Positions 13,205-26,760 are shown, counted from the stretch's first letter. The stretch: DNA of 64,000 nucleotides from Octopus bimaculoides (GCF_001194135.2 NC_068997.1:54440302-54504301), one strand, 5' to 3'. Made by a program: numbers and translations. Notes: generated from the sequence alone by a model not told the origin.

Positions 13205-13709
13205 CTATCTACCTATCTATCTACTTCTCTCTCTATCCCCCCTCTCTCTCCCTTTCTCTCTCTCTCTGTTCATCTGCTCTTCATTCTGCAAAGCTTTCAC
13301 TTAAAACTTGTTGGATATATCGAAACTGTAACTTTCAATAATACATTCTTTCCGGTGGGAGAATGTAAAATGACGCCATCTTGGCGTGCTGACCTACAAA
13401 CCATTCCGGCGATTGCTCATTCTTCTTTTTTTTCTTCTTTGTTTTCTACATTTATTATTTTCCTATTTATTAGTTATTTTACCCATTCTTTTGTCTTTTT
13501 TTTTTGTTCATTTCATATTCTCTCCTTTTGCATCCACCCAAGTGGAAGCGCCAAACAGAATATTTTCTATGTTCGCGTCTCGATTCAATGTTTTAATTCT
13601 ATGAGGCATGAATATATATCATTGCAATCTATTGCAAATGGTTCGTTTACTAGCAGCGGAAAACACTTTCCATCTCCACCAAAATTCTTTATTTATCTAC
13701 TTGTTTCCC

Positions 13710-13756
<47 letters not shown>

Positions 13757-14204
13757 AATATATATATATATGCATATCTGCATATCTATACGTATAGACA
13801 CATACATGTANNNNNNNNNNNNNNNNNNNNNNNNNNNNNNNNNNNNNNNNNNNNNNNNNNNNNNNNNNNNNNNNNNNNNNNNNNNNNNNNNNNNNNNNNN
13901 NNNNNNNNNNNNNNNNNNNNNNNNNNNNNNNNNNNNNNNNNNNNNNNNNNNNNNNNNNNNNNNNNNNNNNNNNNNNNNNNNNNNNNNNNNNNNNNNNNNN
14001 NNNNNNNNNNNNNNNNNNNNNNNNNNNNNNNNNNNNNNNNNNNNNNNNNNNNNNNNNNNNNNNNNNNNNNNNNNNNNNNNNNNNNNNNNNNNNNNNNNNN
14101 NNNNNNNNNNNNNNNNNNNNNNNNNNNNNNNNNNNNNNNNNNNNNNNNNNNNNNNNNNNNNNNNNNNNNNNNNNNNNNNNNNNNNNNNNNNNNNNNNNNN
14201 NNNN

Positions 14205-14251
<47 letters not shown>

Positions 14252-14800
14252 TCTTCCTTATCGCTAAAGTTATAAGCGGTTCGTGTTTGGAAGGCCTAAG
14301 TGACCACTTTGCGTTGGATTAACATCAGTTTAAAAACAAAACAAATTCATTTAGTTCTGAATTTATTTATTTATTTATATTTTCTTTCTCTTATTTTCAT
14401 ATTTCCTTGTATCTTTCCTGTTATTTATTTATTATTTTTGGGGGGGGGTTTTAAGATAATGGATTTTATTATTTTTATCATTATTGTTGTTCTTCATAAT
14501 TTATTGCTTCCTCGTAAATCTCTCTATATTAGCATTTTTTGTTTGTTTGTTGTCTTTTTACTGGCAGTCAATACCGTAGGGAAAAAGAGATCTATACTTC
14601 CGGAAAACCAGTCAAACTGTGATCACGACCCGGTTTCCATTCCCGGCCTGAAACCATTAAACATATCTCGTTCCGTATTAATTACATTAGGGACACTTAC
14701 AGACACTATAGTGACCATCTTACCAATGATAAGTGCCTGATTAAAGAGCTGACATGTTGAATGTAAAATGTACTAAACTAGTTTCTTAGTCCTCACTCAC

Positions 14801-14972
14801 CCATGTGTAATATTTCTGTAGCATCTCCTCTTGTACATCATCCATCATGTAAACGTTATCCAAGACAGCAATGACTAGTCTCCTCTCTACATATGCATGG
14901 TGTATAAAACAGCTCTTGTATGCTACAAGAAAATTGACACCATCCCAGCTCTCATAGTCTCGGACATGAATC
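14801..14972 (-). CDS. Internal coding exon A of an unidentified multi-exon gene (IHVRDYESWDGVNFLVAYKSCFIHHAYVERRLVIAVLDNVYMMDDVQEEMLQKYYTW)
   Basis: 172 nt = 1 nt + 57 codons. Acceptor ttcctgttttgtag|G, donor TGG|gtgagt. Only one frame is open, and the sequence is non-repetitive. Confidence 0.75.
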
Positions 14973-15530
14973 CTACAAAACAGGAAACGTTTCATATTTT
15001 ATACGGTCATTGCTTTGGCCGTAGTTAAATTAAGCAGATAGAAATGGTTTCTTCATATAAATGATGTATTATCGTTTCATCTTCACTTACTATCATTTCT
15101 GCGCTGGTGTCTACGGTTTTTGTTCTTAAAATGTTCGTATATAAGTTTTGTATATTATTTGCATAACATTAAATATAATTTATAATACGCCTGTATGTCG
15201 TTTTGTGCTGGCGTATACCGTTTGCTGTTAAAACGCTTGTCGAACTGAATATGTAGCACGTTTTTCGTTACACCCTGTAAAACGCTTCCCCTAGCATTAA
15301 TGTCTTTGCCATATCTCGCTCAGAATGAAATGTAAATGCTGCCAGATTCTCAGCAAGAACACTCTCTAAATTGTCGAATATCTCTCACTAAATATTTGTA
15401 CAACCAAATTCTACAATAGTTTTCTTGTGTAAATTTGCACCCAATTTGATAATTTCAAGATATTTAGCAATTATTAACCATGAAAATTTGCCAATCTTTT
15501 AAAGATCACCAATTCATTCCNNNNNNNNNN

Positions 15531-15571
<41 letters not shown>

Positions 15572-16118
15572 TACACTAGTATACTGGAACCGTAAAAAAT
15601 GATGGCATTTTACAACAAATGAGCTGAAAGTGGCATTGAATAGATGGGCAGACATAAGATAGATTTCCATATATTTTGTAAAGAATTTTAGAGCTAGATT
15701 ATTTACTTTGTATTGAAAAAAAAACTGGGTCCAATGAACATTAGATGTAGAAGGAAAAACCCTTATTATTGAGGATTTTTCCAAATATTTTAATATTAAA
15801 TCTCTGTGCTGCCAGTGCTATGAAAAATGGCAGTGATTCACACATGTATTAAAAGTTATTCATATTCAAGGTTTATTTCCAACAATCTAGATATTATGCT
15901 TCATATGGGAATGAAATTGCTGACACAGACCTTCGAAAATTGTTATTGTTCTAAAGATTTTAACTCGTAGTTTCCCTTTTGTTTTACCATTGGAACTACG
16001 TGACGAAATATCATTATGTACACTATAAATATAAATGAATAATTTAAAGAGAGAATTAAGAAACATATATGAATACACAAAAAAAACTTTATTGCAGAAT
16101 ATGCCTCCATATACACAC

Positions 16119-16164
<46 letters not shown>

Positions 16165-16475
16165 NNNNNNNNNNNNNNNNNNNNNNNNNNNNNNNNNNNN
16201 NNNNNNNNNNNNNNNNNNNNNNNNNNNNNNNNNNNNNNNNNNNNNNNNNNNNNNNNNNNNNNNNNNNNNNNNNNNNNNNNNNNNNNNNNNNNNNNNNNNN
16301 NNNNNNNNNNNNNNNNNNNNNNNNNNNNNNNNNNNNNNNNNNNNNNNNNNNNNNNNNNNNNNNNNNNNNNNNNNNNNNNNNNNNNNNNNNNNNNNNNNNN
16401 NNNNNNNNNNNNNNNNNNNNNNNNNNNNNNNNNNNNNNNNNNNNNNNNNNNNNNNNNNNTATATATATATATATT

Positions 16476-16543
<68 letters not shown>

Positions 16544-16810
16544 CAGGGAGGTTTGTAGGTGAATAGATAATTCTATTTTGTAAATCTTCCTGAAGGTCTT
16601 TTCAATTGCATGTTGAAAAATGACACACTCTGTTTTATGCTCTAAGATATTCGTGTCCTTCTCACATAAGTGGGGAAAAATCGATAGTTATGTCAAGGTT
16701 ATTGATATGTTTGGAATCAGCAAGTGTTTTGATTTTATTGTACACATATCGGGGATCGAATTTTGCAAAAAAAAAAAAGAAACAAACAAACAAAAAGCAC
16801 TGAAACTGTT

Positions 16811-16900
16811 AAGTAGTGGAAGGTAGATTCAGGATTAGAGAAGTAGTGGAAGGTAGATTCAGGATTAGAGAAGTAGTGGAAGGTAGATTCAGGATTAGAG
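16811..16900 (+). repeat. Perfect 30-bp minisatellite x3
   Basis: (aagtagtggaaggtagattcaggattagag)3. Confidence 0.95.
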
Positions 16901-17207
16901 TCGGACAAGAGATTCGTACATACCGATCTTACATTCATTACAGCCTAGCAGGTGGGTAGATCTCCATTTAGCGTCATGCATATGGAAGATGTAAGATGTA
17001 AGACATATCTGCTACCGTTAGAAGGAGCTGCTTTTATAAAAATCTGTTCAGCCAGATTCTTAATGACAAGAGGACACTAACCAACACAGGAAAGATTTGT
17101 ATTTTCCTTCAATTTATTCCTGGCATTTAATATTTAAACATGGAAAAGTGGAAACGGGAAAACATGTATTGACAACGGCCTTGTTTTAATACATGATTAC
17201 ATTTCAG

Positions 17208-17367
17208 TTACCCCGATGCATTGGGGTGTGATAGTGCAGAAATAGTAACTGGAAGAATGTCATGGGTTGCACAAAAGAGCAGCCAGTTTATATTCTTTGC
17301 AGTTGAACCAAGACAGATGAAGACAGCGGGAGTTCACGAACTGTATAATGAGTGTTATGATAACTGT
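17208..17367 (+). CDS. Weak candidate exon antisense to the A/B intron (YPDALGCDSAEIVTGRMSWVAQKSSQFIFFAVEPRQMKTAGVHELYNECYDNC)
   Basis: Acceptor tacatttcag|T and an open frame of more than 50 codons in non-repetitive sequence. The donor is ambiguous and weak. Confidence 0.2.
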
Positions 17368-17414
17368 GTATATGTGTATCTCTCTTTTACTCTTTTGCTT
17401 TTATTTTTTCAGTA

Positions 17415-17497
17415 ATTTGATTGCGGCCATGCTGGTGCACCGCCTTTAGTCGAACAAATCGACCCCAAGACTTATTCTTTGTAAGCCTAGTACTTAT

Positions 17498-17500
<3 letters not shown>
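17415..17500 (-). mobile_element. SINE family C 3' part
   Basis: ttgattgcggccatgctggtgcaccgcctttagtcgaacaaatcgaccccaagacttattc, shared with the 24.6, 38.4, 57.0 and 61.8 kb copies. Confidence 0.85.
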
Positions 17501-17571
<71 letters not shown>

Positions 17572-18304
17572 NNNNNNNNNNNNNNNNNNNNNNNNNNNNN
17601 NNNNNNNNNNNNNNNNNNNNNNNNNNNNNNNNNNNNNNNNNNNNNNNNNNNNNNNNNNNNNNNNNNNNNNNNNNNNNNNNNNNNNNNNNNNNNNNNNNNN
17701 NNNNNNNNNNNNNNNNNNNNNNNNNNNNNNNNNNNNNNNNNNNNNNNNNNNNNNNNNNNNNNNNNNNNNNNNNNNNNNNNNNNNNNNNNNNNNNNNNNNN
17801 NNNNNNNNNNNNNNNNNNNNNNNNNNNNNNNNNNNNNNNNNNNNNNNNNNNNNNNNNNNNNNNNNNNNNNNNNNNNNNNNNNNNNNNNNNNNNNNNNNNN
17901 NNNNNNNNNNNNNNNNNNNNNNNNNNNNNNNNNNNNNNNNNNNNNNNNNNNNNNNNNNNNNNNNNNNNNNNNNNNNNNNNNNNNNNNNNNNNNNNNNNNN
18001 NNNNNNNNNNNNNNNNNNNNNNNNNNNNNNNNNNNNNNNNNNNNNNNNNNNNNNNNNNNNNNNNNNNNNNNNNNNNNNNNNNNNNNNNNNNNNNNNNNNN
18101 NNNNNNNNNNNNNNNNNNNNNNNNNNNNNNNNNNNNNNNNNNNNNNNNNNNNNNNNNNNNNNNNNNNNNNNNNNNNNNNNNNNNNNNNNNNNNNNNNNNN
18201 NNNNNNNNNNNNNNNNNNNNNNNNNNNNNNNNNNNNNNNNNNNNNNNNNNNNNNNNNNNNNNNNGTGTGTGTGTGTGTGTGTGTGTGTGTATTTATGGAT
18301 TCTT

Positions 18305-18364
<60 letters not shown>

Positions 18365-19129
18365 ATTGAGGGACAGAACCTGATAAATAGGTAGATAGAT
18401 CGACTGATGCTTATATATGTACGTATATTTATATACATAAATAGATATATACATACACGCATAGATGCATACATTTATATATAGATAAGTCTTTTGGTGA
18501 ATGGACGCACATACTTAAATGTGCGCATCGACCCTTAACACAACTACATATTTACAAACACCAGGAACTTTCTTACCTGAAAAACTCATGTCTTCTTGTT
18601 AGCGACCATCTTGAACTCTCTTAAAAAGACTTTAAACAAAACTCAAAGAGAAAACAAAAATATTGACAAGTGCAGAAATAAATGTATGTGTTTATGCGTA
18701 TATTTATATCTGTGTATATTATGGGATTATAAATATTTACACACACATGCATATGTATCTGTGAACGAGCGCTATATATCTCATTGTATTAATTGTATGA
18801 CTTTGTATGTAATATTAGATAAATTCCACTCGTCCAAACAAACATCCATAACATTAGTGTGACTTATCTTTTCTTGTATGTACTACTTCACTTGTCTTCG
18901 TAAGCTCTTATGTGATATACATGCTTTGGACTGGCGAAGTGCTAATTTAGTAATTGAGCGAAGTATAACCAATCGTATCTTTACTAAATCAAAGGTATAG
19001 CTATAACACCACTAGCCGATCAATATGCTACAAGGCACGCTACTGAAATGAACGACTCGATTTTGCTCACCCCTCAAAAATACATATCTATATGCACATA
19101 TATACATTTCTTCCTCTCTCTTACCTTTC

Positions 19130-19210
<81 letters not shown>

Positions 19211-19677
19211 NNNNNNNNNNNNNNNNNNNNNNNNNNNNNNNNNNNNNNNNNNNNNNNNNNNNNNNNNNNNNNNNNNNNNNNNNNNNNNNNNNNNNNNNNN
19301 NNNNNNNNNNNNNNNNNNNNNNNNNNNNNNNNNNNNNNNNNNNNNNNNNNNNNNNNNNNNNNNNNNNNNNNNNNNNNNNNNNNNNNNNNNNNNNNNNNNN
19401 NNNNNNNNNNNNNNNNNNNNNNNNNNNNNNNNNNNNNNNNNNNNNNNNNNNNNNNNNNNNNNNNNNNNNNNNNNNNNNNNNNNNNNNNNNNNNNNNNNNN
19501 NNNNNNNNNNNNNNNNNNNNNNNNNNNNNNNNNNNNATATATATATATATATATATATACATTTATATACACATACGTATACATATTTATCCACATACGT
19601 ACCTACACTACATATGTACATTGTACACCTACTTATACATGTGTGCATTGTCTCTTATTTCATTTCTGTTCACTTAC

Positions 19678-19826
19678 GTCTCTCGCCTGACACTAGTATG
19701 TCTCTCTGTTGTTACCGTTTTGTCCACAGCTGTATCCAGACATCTAACTCTTGCTTGCTTCACGGTGATAAAATGCTGCGTAAGGAGAGGATTCGACGAC
19801 CAGTCTTGTCTAAATATTTGTTTAAC
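19678..19826 (-). CDS. Internal coding exon B of the same gene (VKQIFRQDWSSNPLLTQHFITVKQARVRCLDTAVDKTVTTERHTSVRRE)
   Basis: 149 nt = 49 codons + 2 nt. Acceptor ttttctttctaaacag|G, donor GAC|gtaagt. Only one frame is open. The phase-2 end joins exon A in frame (AC+G = Thr). Confidence 0.75.
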
Positions 19827-20584
19827 CTGTTTAGAAAGAAAACGTTTACGACGATACAATAACACGGAAACTGTGCTGATTATTGATACGTTAAAAATCA
19901 ATATTTGACCTTTAAAAATTTTGTGTCAATAACAGCCATTAAAAGACCAATTTTTAATACTATTTTATTTTTATAAGTCTATGTAGTTTGTATTTGTGTT
20001 TCGTTTATACAGCTTGTAACTGATTTCCGGAGCTGTTACCTCTGTAAACTAGCAGGAATTTGTTGTTTTATTGCAGTGTTGTTTATTGGTGAACTTGACA
20101 AGTAGAATTAAAATCAGGAGAAAATGAGATTCACCTGCCAACGTCCAGAATTTTAGCTTCAAATAAGAAGTGAAGTGAAAAATAACGAGAATGATATCGC
20201 GAATCATTTAATTCATAAATGTTATTGGTTTGTTTCTCACTGAAAAATCAAGGTCCGTTAATTTAGTGAAATTGCATTTGTCACAAAAGAGATGGTCGTG
20301 TCTTTTCCGATGGTATCAACTTAGAATATTATTCTTAGAGACTGAAGCCACGTTATTTTATCTGCTCTTTGCTACAAATTCATCTTTGCTCAACGGGTGG
20401 TGGGTGTAAAAGAGCTGATGATAAGGACGGGAATCTTGCCAGAAGTGAACTCCTCTACGGACAATTCGTTTTAAGGTCAGGCAATGGTATGAAACCGAGC
20501 AAAGAAATAAGTCTAGCAGTTAACAATACTTATATCTTGCATTCATGTACCACATCCCGGTGATCAAATTAAGGCTATGGAGAA

Positions 20585-20710
20585 AGAAACTTGACCAAGA
20601 TTCATGGCCTCAGCTTCTAATTGAAAAAATAAAAGTCAAGTACCCTAGATTGGGATTGAACCGGAAACATTGTAGTTAGCAAAGGAAGTTCTTAACCACT
20701 CAGCCACGGA
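20585..20710 (-). mobile_element. Diverged SINE family A copy
   Basis: The reverse complement gives gtggctgagtggttaagaacttcc...ccggttcaatcccaatctagggtacttg. Confidence 0.6.
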
Positions 20711-23365
20711 TAAAGTCACTTATGTTTGATTATATTTAAAGTGAACTTATATAAATATAGTGAAATATTTGTTGTACATTATTATAGCAATGTTAGTATG
20801 TCTTCACTGAAGCTGTGAACTTAGAGAAGAACAACGTAAGTAAATAGAAAATACTTCCAATTTGACAGGCGACAGTAGGTGTGTGGGGGATAAGGAAACC
20901 TTTTTATACTTGAAGGTCACATACAATTAAATGTAATCTAATAAAGTTGCATCAAAGAAAGTTTTATTGAATATAGGGAAAATATAATTACATTTATTGT
21001 GAAAATGTAATTATAAATATTTAAGTAAGAAACAAAATGTGGTGACTGAACTTTCAATGACTTTGTTAAGAATTTAAGAACTTTATAATAAATATAACAC
21101 AATGGAAAGTACAAAAGCACTTTTTCTTTGTTTTTAGTGCAAACTTCAGATGTCTTCTTGTAGGCTACAATGAAGATGTGCTTCAGAGAATGCATAAAGC
21201 CTTAAGGCAGCAGATTTTCCCTATATCTAATCTGCTGTCGACTTTGAACTACTACAGTTGCAAGTGTAGATGCAGCCACATATTGTTATATTGAAAAGTA
21301 ACTGGCTATAATATGGCTGAACATCATTAACTCCAATTCGGACTATGATCTAATGAGGACACCTCTATCGCATCGCTTGATCTGATAGAAATAGCACACA
21401 AATCCTCACTTGTTATTGTCTGAAGTAAAATGAAATGAAACACAGAAGTATTTAGTCCCTCAAGTAGAAAGAGAGGGGCTTAGTCATGGCTGGAATACAT
21501 GTGATCAAGAGACTGACACAGGGCTAAACATCGATGGTTAACAGCAACAATAACCCGTCTCAATGTGTAAATACTTTAGACATACTCCTTAGGTGTGTAC
21601 TCCAGTTCTCCATACGATACTCGTTCAAGGTTTGATATTGATTTTCGTATCGAAAATTCATTGTAATAGTGGAGTGGACAAAGCTAAGAACAGTTATCTT
21701 TCATTTCCTTCCTCACAGAAAATAGCAGAAAAATTTAACAGACAAAAAATTTAAATATTCATTGATTATATTTTCATTTCAGTTTCATTCTTCAATATAA
21801 ATGGTTAACGATCTGTTTAGTTGCTATGAAGATCGATAGACGTTTTTTGCCAAAGCAAAGCAAATAAGCGAATCTGGTCATCGTGTTAGAACAACTTATA
21901 ATTTGATCCTTTCAGCTTTCAGGCAGTACAGGCTGATCCTTATCACGACTATGGCGCTTCTTCTAGGCTGGCACTTTTCCCGCGCAAACTTAATCCACCG
22001 GATGACAACAGCGATGTTTCATGCGAAAAATAATGCGTTTTCCGGATAAATCTACTTTTCTCTTAACGCAAAGCAACACAACAAACATACATTCTAGTTC
22101 AAAATTGAAAAAAAGAAAATTAATAAACAACACTCAAGTGATTTGAATGATAAATTCAGTTATAGAATTGCTTTTGGCAGAACTCTAAAACAATTCTTTG
22201 GTTGTTATTGCGATTATTTAGTTATATTTCTTTCTATATTAACTTTTTCATTTTTATATTGTAGTATTTTTCCTGAAAATTATCAAGCAGACTAAATTTC
22301 TTTTCTGTTCAGTAAATGGAATTAACTCAAGTATTTGCTGATTGTTAATCCATAACATCTCTGCTGTATAATCAAGGATTTCTTATTTTCCAAAACGTTG
22401 CTTTCTCTGAAAATAAAGTTAATTTCCTGTCATTTATACCAAATCTCTATCTTTTTTCCTTCAGTTTCAAGCTTCATTAATCCGCAGGAATTACTTCATA
22501 ACCCACTTGTTTCTCACTATTACCATACAATCGCAATCTTCTTACCATATTCCTCAAGCTATTTCGATTGACCATATAGGCATCGTATTTTCTTTTTCGT
22601 TTTCTTTTCTTTCTTTTTAATCTATGATACTAAGTTTCGATTACATACAATTCTTCCACCCATCCTTGCTGCGGGCCTAAATAAAAGGATATTTTCCTTT
22701 CCTTTCCATTCTTAATTCCTCAGAATATATTCAGTCAAACCAACGTTTCCTTCTTCTCTTCCAATAACTGATATTTATATTCTAAAACTTCCAAAATGTA
22801 GAAGCTTTCAAGAAGTATTCTGCAAACAATAAAATCCAAAACAAACTGCAGGCTATACACTGACAGCAATATACTACAATATTACTTAAGTGACTTCCCT
22901 TTCAATCAACAAACCTATACATCCAACCGCAATCATATACTCCCACTTACTGCAACGTTAGCTTTCATCTAAATATCTACCCGTCTTGTTATTCTTTAGT
23001 TCGATATGTCCTAATAATAATGGCAAGAATATTTCTATTCAATAACAGTCCATTTCATAGAATTTCTATGGTTCTTTAACTATTGAAATTATGGTAATGC
23101 CTATTTAATAAATGTGATTAAGAGATCGTTCTTGTAGTCATATTTTGTTGAATCCTAATAACAAGGCATCAATGATGCAAGTTTCCTGGCATCGATGAAG
23201 TCTTATATTTTACTGCATTCTTTCTCTATTCCTTTTGTCTGTTTCTTCTCCTCTATCTATTCTTTCTCAAACACTCCTGCTTCTCCTTAAGAATAGAACT
23301 TCGATGATACAGCCCTTTAGATTCTCAATAATATTCAGAAACAATATAATGAACATATAATCCTA

Positions 23366-23592
23366 GGAACGAGAGACAGAATTCTTTGGATTATAGATTT
23401 ATTATATTGGCATCACTAGCTCTATAAGCACCAGAGTACATACACGACTGCGTTTTCTGCTCTCGTTCCTTTAAATAGTGACGTCATTTAACGCTCATTT
23501 TCCTAGAATCCTTTATATTTCCTTGTAATCAATCTAAGAGCTAGCATTCACTATTTGCTAAAAAGATCTTATACGGCCGAAACATGTCGTCA
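23366..23592 (+). mobile_element. Possible Penelope-like terminal remnant with a short inverted repeat and a degenerate HHR
   Basis: ggaacgagag(a)cagaa (23366-23381) is inverted to ttctgctctcgttcc (23455-23469). CTAAAAA-gatc..ggcc-GAAA-catg-TC lies at 23558-23588. Confidence 0.3.
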
Positions 23593-23749
23593 GTTATCCT
23601 CATGCTACCGCAGATGAGAATCAATCTTTACAGTCAATTTTCAACTAATTTCAATTCCTTATTAATTTTAATTTCGTAGTTTTCTGCCTTGTGTTTCTTA
23701 ACTAGAATTAATCATTATAAAAGACGTATATGCATGCGTGCGTTTGCAC

Positions 23750-23794
<45 letters not shown>

Positions 23795-23997
23795 TGCGTA
23801 CGTGCGTGTGTGCAGACGAGAGTCACAAAATTTGAAATTTCTGTTTCAATAAATTTATCTGAACACTCTGATGTCAGTGGTGGGTGTCCATTTTTTTATT
23901 TTATAATTTATAGGCAACTGTTTGTTCCAATGTATACACACACGCACACACACACATACACAGACACAGACACAGACACAGGCAGACATACACACAC

Positions 23998-24049
<52 letters not shown>

Positions 24050-24584
24050 ATATATTTCTGTCGCCAACTTCCGGTTGTTGTTTACATACGCCTAGAACGG
24101 TAAATCTTTTGCCACTTCATATATATACCTCATTATTTACCAACGTATATCAATTGTTTCCTGAAACAAAACCATTAACACTACTAATAATCCTATTTCT
24201 TTCTTTATAACACGTAATTTATACGACTTTAGATCGCAAATTATATTTCCTTTTTCTATTATTATTTGATAGTTTGATGCTTTGTACTGATCAAGTAAAG
24301 ATAGCTTGGCTGTCTCAGAAACTCTTTCTGTTACGTTACCTAGGCCATTATATAACTGATTTTGAAATATAAACTGGATATGAAGCACTCTCTTGGTCAC
24401 TTTCTTATGGCAGGAATAACTTTTGTTCTAGATATTTCCTTTCGTATCTACACTACTACATCAATTGATCGGACTGTTGGGCCTTGCTTTGATTTTACAC
24501 ATCTTAGCAATGCTATTGTTCACAAAAGAGCGTCTAACGATCGTGTAACCAGAATGACGCGATTTAGCAACACTTTAAACTCTT

Positions 24585-24720
24585 TTCCTTGTTTCACTCA
24601 TTGAACTGCGGCCTTGCTGGGGCATGGCCTTCAAGGGTTTAGTCTAAGAAATCGATCCAAGTACATTTTTGAAGCCTGGTGCATGTTCAATCGGTGACTT
24701 TTTTGCTGAACCGCTAATTT
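24585..24720 (-). mobile_element. SINE family C 3' part
   Basis: actgcggccttgctgggg...gaaatcgatccaagtac...gctgaaccgctaa. Confidence 0.75.
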
Positions 24721-25116
24721 GCACAGTGATGTCCCTATGCAAATATTTGACAAATATGGCGGAATAAATCCGTAGATTGAAACCCCACTTAGCAAGAAAG
24801 TAAATTAATATTTTATTATATTAAGGCTGAATTTTGTTAAACTCATCTCTCGTTAAAAGAAAATAGAGAAAATTTAAAAGCAAACCATAGCTTTAAGTAT
24901 TTCTAAAACTATCTATCTCTACCGGCGAAGTCAAAAGCATCGAAAAGTCACGTTGATAATATCGGAAGCTAATTTGATTCATTCTAACTCCGGACAAAAT
25001 CAATGTATAAACTTCTAAATCAAGGATTCGCACCAACTCAATTATCATCGACCCCTTCCATTTACTAAATCAAAGGTTAATTTTTATCCCTTTTGACTGG
25101 ACAAAATAAATTTATA

Positions 25117-25735
25117 GACATCTAGATCAAGGTTTTCAGCAGGTGTTTTATCATAGACCACCTCCATTTATTAAATGAAGGGCTAATTTTATTTTCTGCA
25201 TATGGACGAAATATATTCGTAAACATTTCTATCAGAGGACTTTCAGTTAGTGTCTTATTGTTAACTCTTTCGATTTACTGAATATTTTCATTGAGTATTG
25301 AATATAAAATCAATTAAATTAAATCAAGAATTAAACAACGAATTCAAATAATTTGACGTAATTCAAATAATGTAAGCTAACAAGAAACAAAATAAGGCAA
25401 GACATAAAACGTATTGATTATATAAGGCGGCGAGCTGGAAGAATCGTTATCACACCGGGTAGAATGCTTAGCAGCCTTCGTCCATCTTTACGTTCTGAGT
25501 TCAAATCCCACCAAAGCTCTAATTTCACATTCATCCCTTGCGAGGTCGATAAAATAAAAAGACTATTCGAGAACTGGGGGTCGATATAATTGACTAATCC
25601 TCTCTACCCCGAAATTTCTAGCCTTGCCCGAAAATTTTAAATCAATGTTTCTGTAATAAGTAGACGAAGAATTTTCTGTGGACCAATGAAAATTCACTAA
25701 AGTCCGTGGACCACAAGTTGACCGCTGCTACTCGA
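25117..25735. mobile_element. Possible hAT-type MITE with a nested SINE
   Basis: The ends resemble hAT MITE termini (gtccgtggaccacaagttg at about 25702-25720). A SINE-B copy sits inside at 25425-25645. Confidence 0.3.
25425..25645 (+). mobile_element. SINE family B copy
   Basis: ggcggcgagctggaagaatcg...gagttcaaatccc...gaggtcgataaaataa. Confidence 0.85.
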
Positions 25736-26273
25736 GATTGACTTTCAAATATAAACAAATATACAGACTTTGAAAGGTTAAGATGTGGTAGGTGTACATT
25801 CAAATTTAGAACTCATTAAAAGACGATTTCTCACAGTGGAATCGGTGTTGTCCTTTTGCTAGGTTCGGCCATTTTAGAAAATCAATTATCGATCAGCGTC
25901 AATTTAGTATAGAGCCAAAACCAAAACAAGACTGTCCCTTTTGGAATGTATTCCTCAAACTGTTCCCGGAATAATTGTGGTAATTAAACATAGCTACACA
26001 ACATCATCTTTACTTCCTGTTATCGTGTATCAAGTGATTATTTGCATATATTGTGTGTCGGTAAACTTTCATTCACTCATCCGACTGGAGTATCGATTGG
26101 ATGTGTGTAAGGAAACAAATGGAAGCCTCATCGAACTACGCTAAACTGTACATGAACTTTATTAATCGGTCTCTCATTCAACATGGATGTGAAATGTGTA
26201 GTGTTGCAAGTTACATCAATAAATAGCTTTGAAATCCCACCTTAACTTAACGAACACACCGCGTGTGTGTGTG

Positions 26274-26305
<32 letters not shown>

Positions 26306-26341
26306 CGTGTGTGTGCGTGTGTGTAGTATACATACATACAT

Positions 26342-26374
<33 letters not shown>

Positions 26375-26378
26375 TCGT

Positions 26379-26430
<52 letters not shown>

Positions 26431-26483
26431 CATTATTATTATTATTATCATTGTTATTATTATCATCATCATCATCATCATGA

Positions 26484-26695
26484 TGGCGGAGAGCTGGCAG
26501 AATCATTAGCACGATGCACAAAATATTTAGAAGCATTTCGTCCGTCTGTACGTTCTGAGTTCAAATTCCACTGAGATCAACTTTGTCTTCCGTCATTTCG
26601 GGGTCGATAAAATAAGAACCAATTGTTTATTAAGGTCAATATAATCGATTAGTCCCTTCTCCAGATGGTTCAGGCCTTCTCCATACAGTATTATT
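26484..26695 (+). mobile_element. SINE family B copy
   Basis: ggcggagagctggcagaatcattagc...gagttcaaattcc...cggggtcgataaaataa. Confidence 0.85.
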
Positions 26696-26760
26696 GTTGC
26701 AGTTGTTGTTGTCGTTGTTGTAGTCGTTGCTGTTGTTGTTTTTACTACTACTGCTGCTTC

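Noticed and set aside
14801-14972. Resemblance of FIHHAYVE to the tyrosinase/hemocyanin CuB site, and of DN...Q...YYTW to the PIWI C-terminus
   Set aside because: The diagnostic residues (HxxxH, GG, DP; PIWI SPTHY and RVPAP context) are missing, so no family or gene symbol is assigned.
16811-16900. CRISPR-like direct repeats
   Set aside because: The repeats are contiguous with no spacers, the context is eukaryotic, and no cas genes are present.
24737-24744. Octamer ATGCAAAT suggesting an snRNA promoter
   Set aside because: No recognisable snRNA sequence lies downstream.
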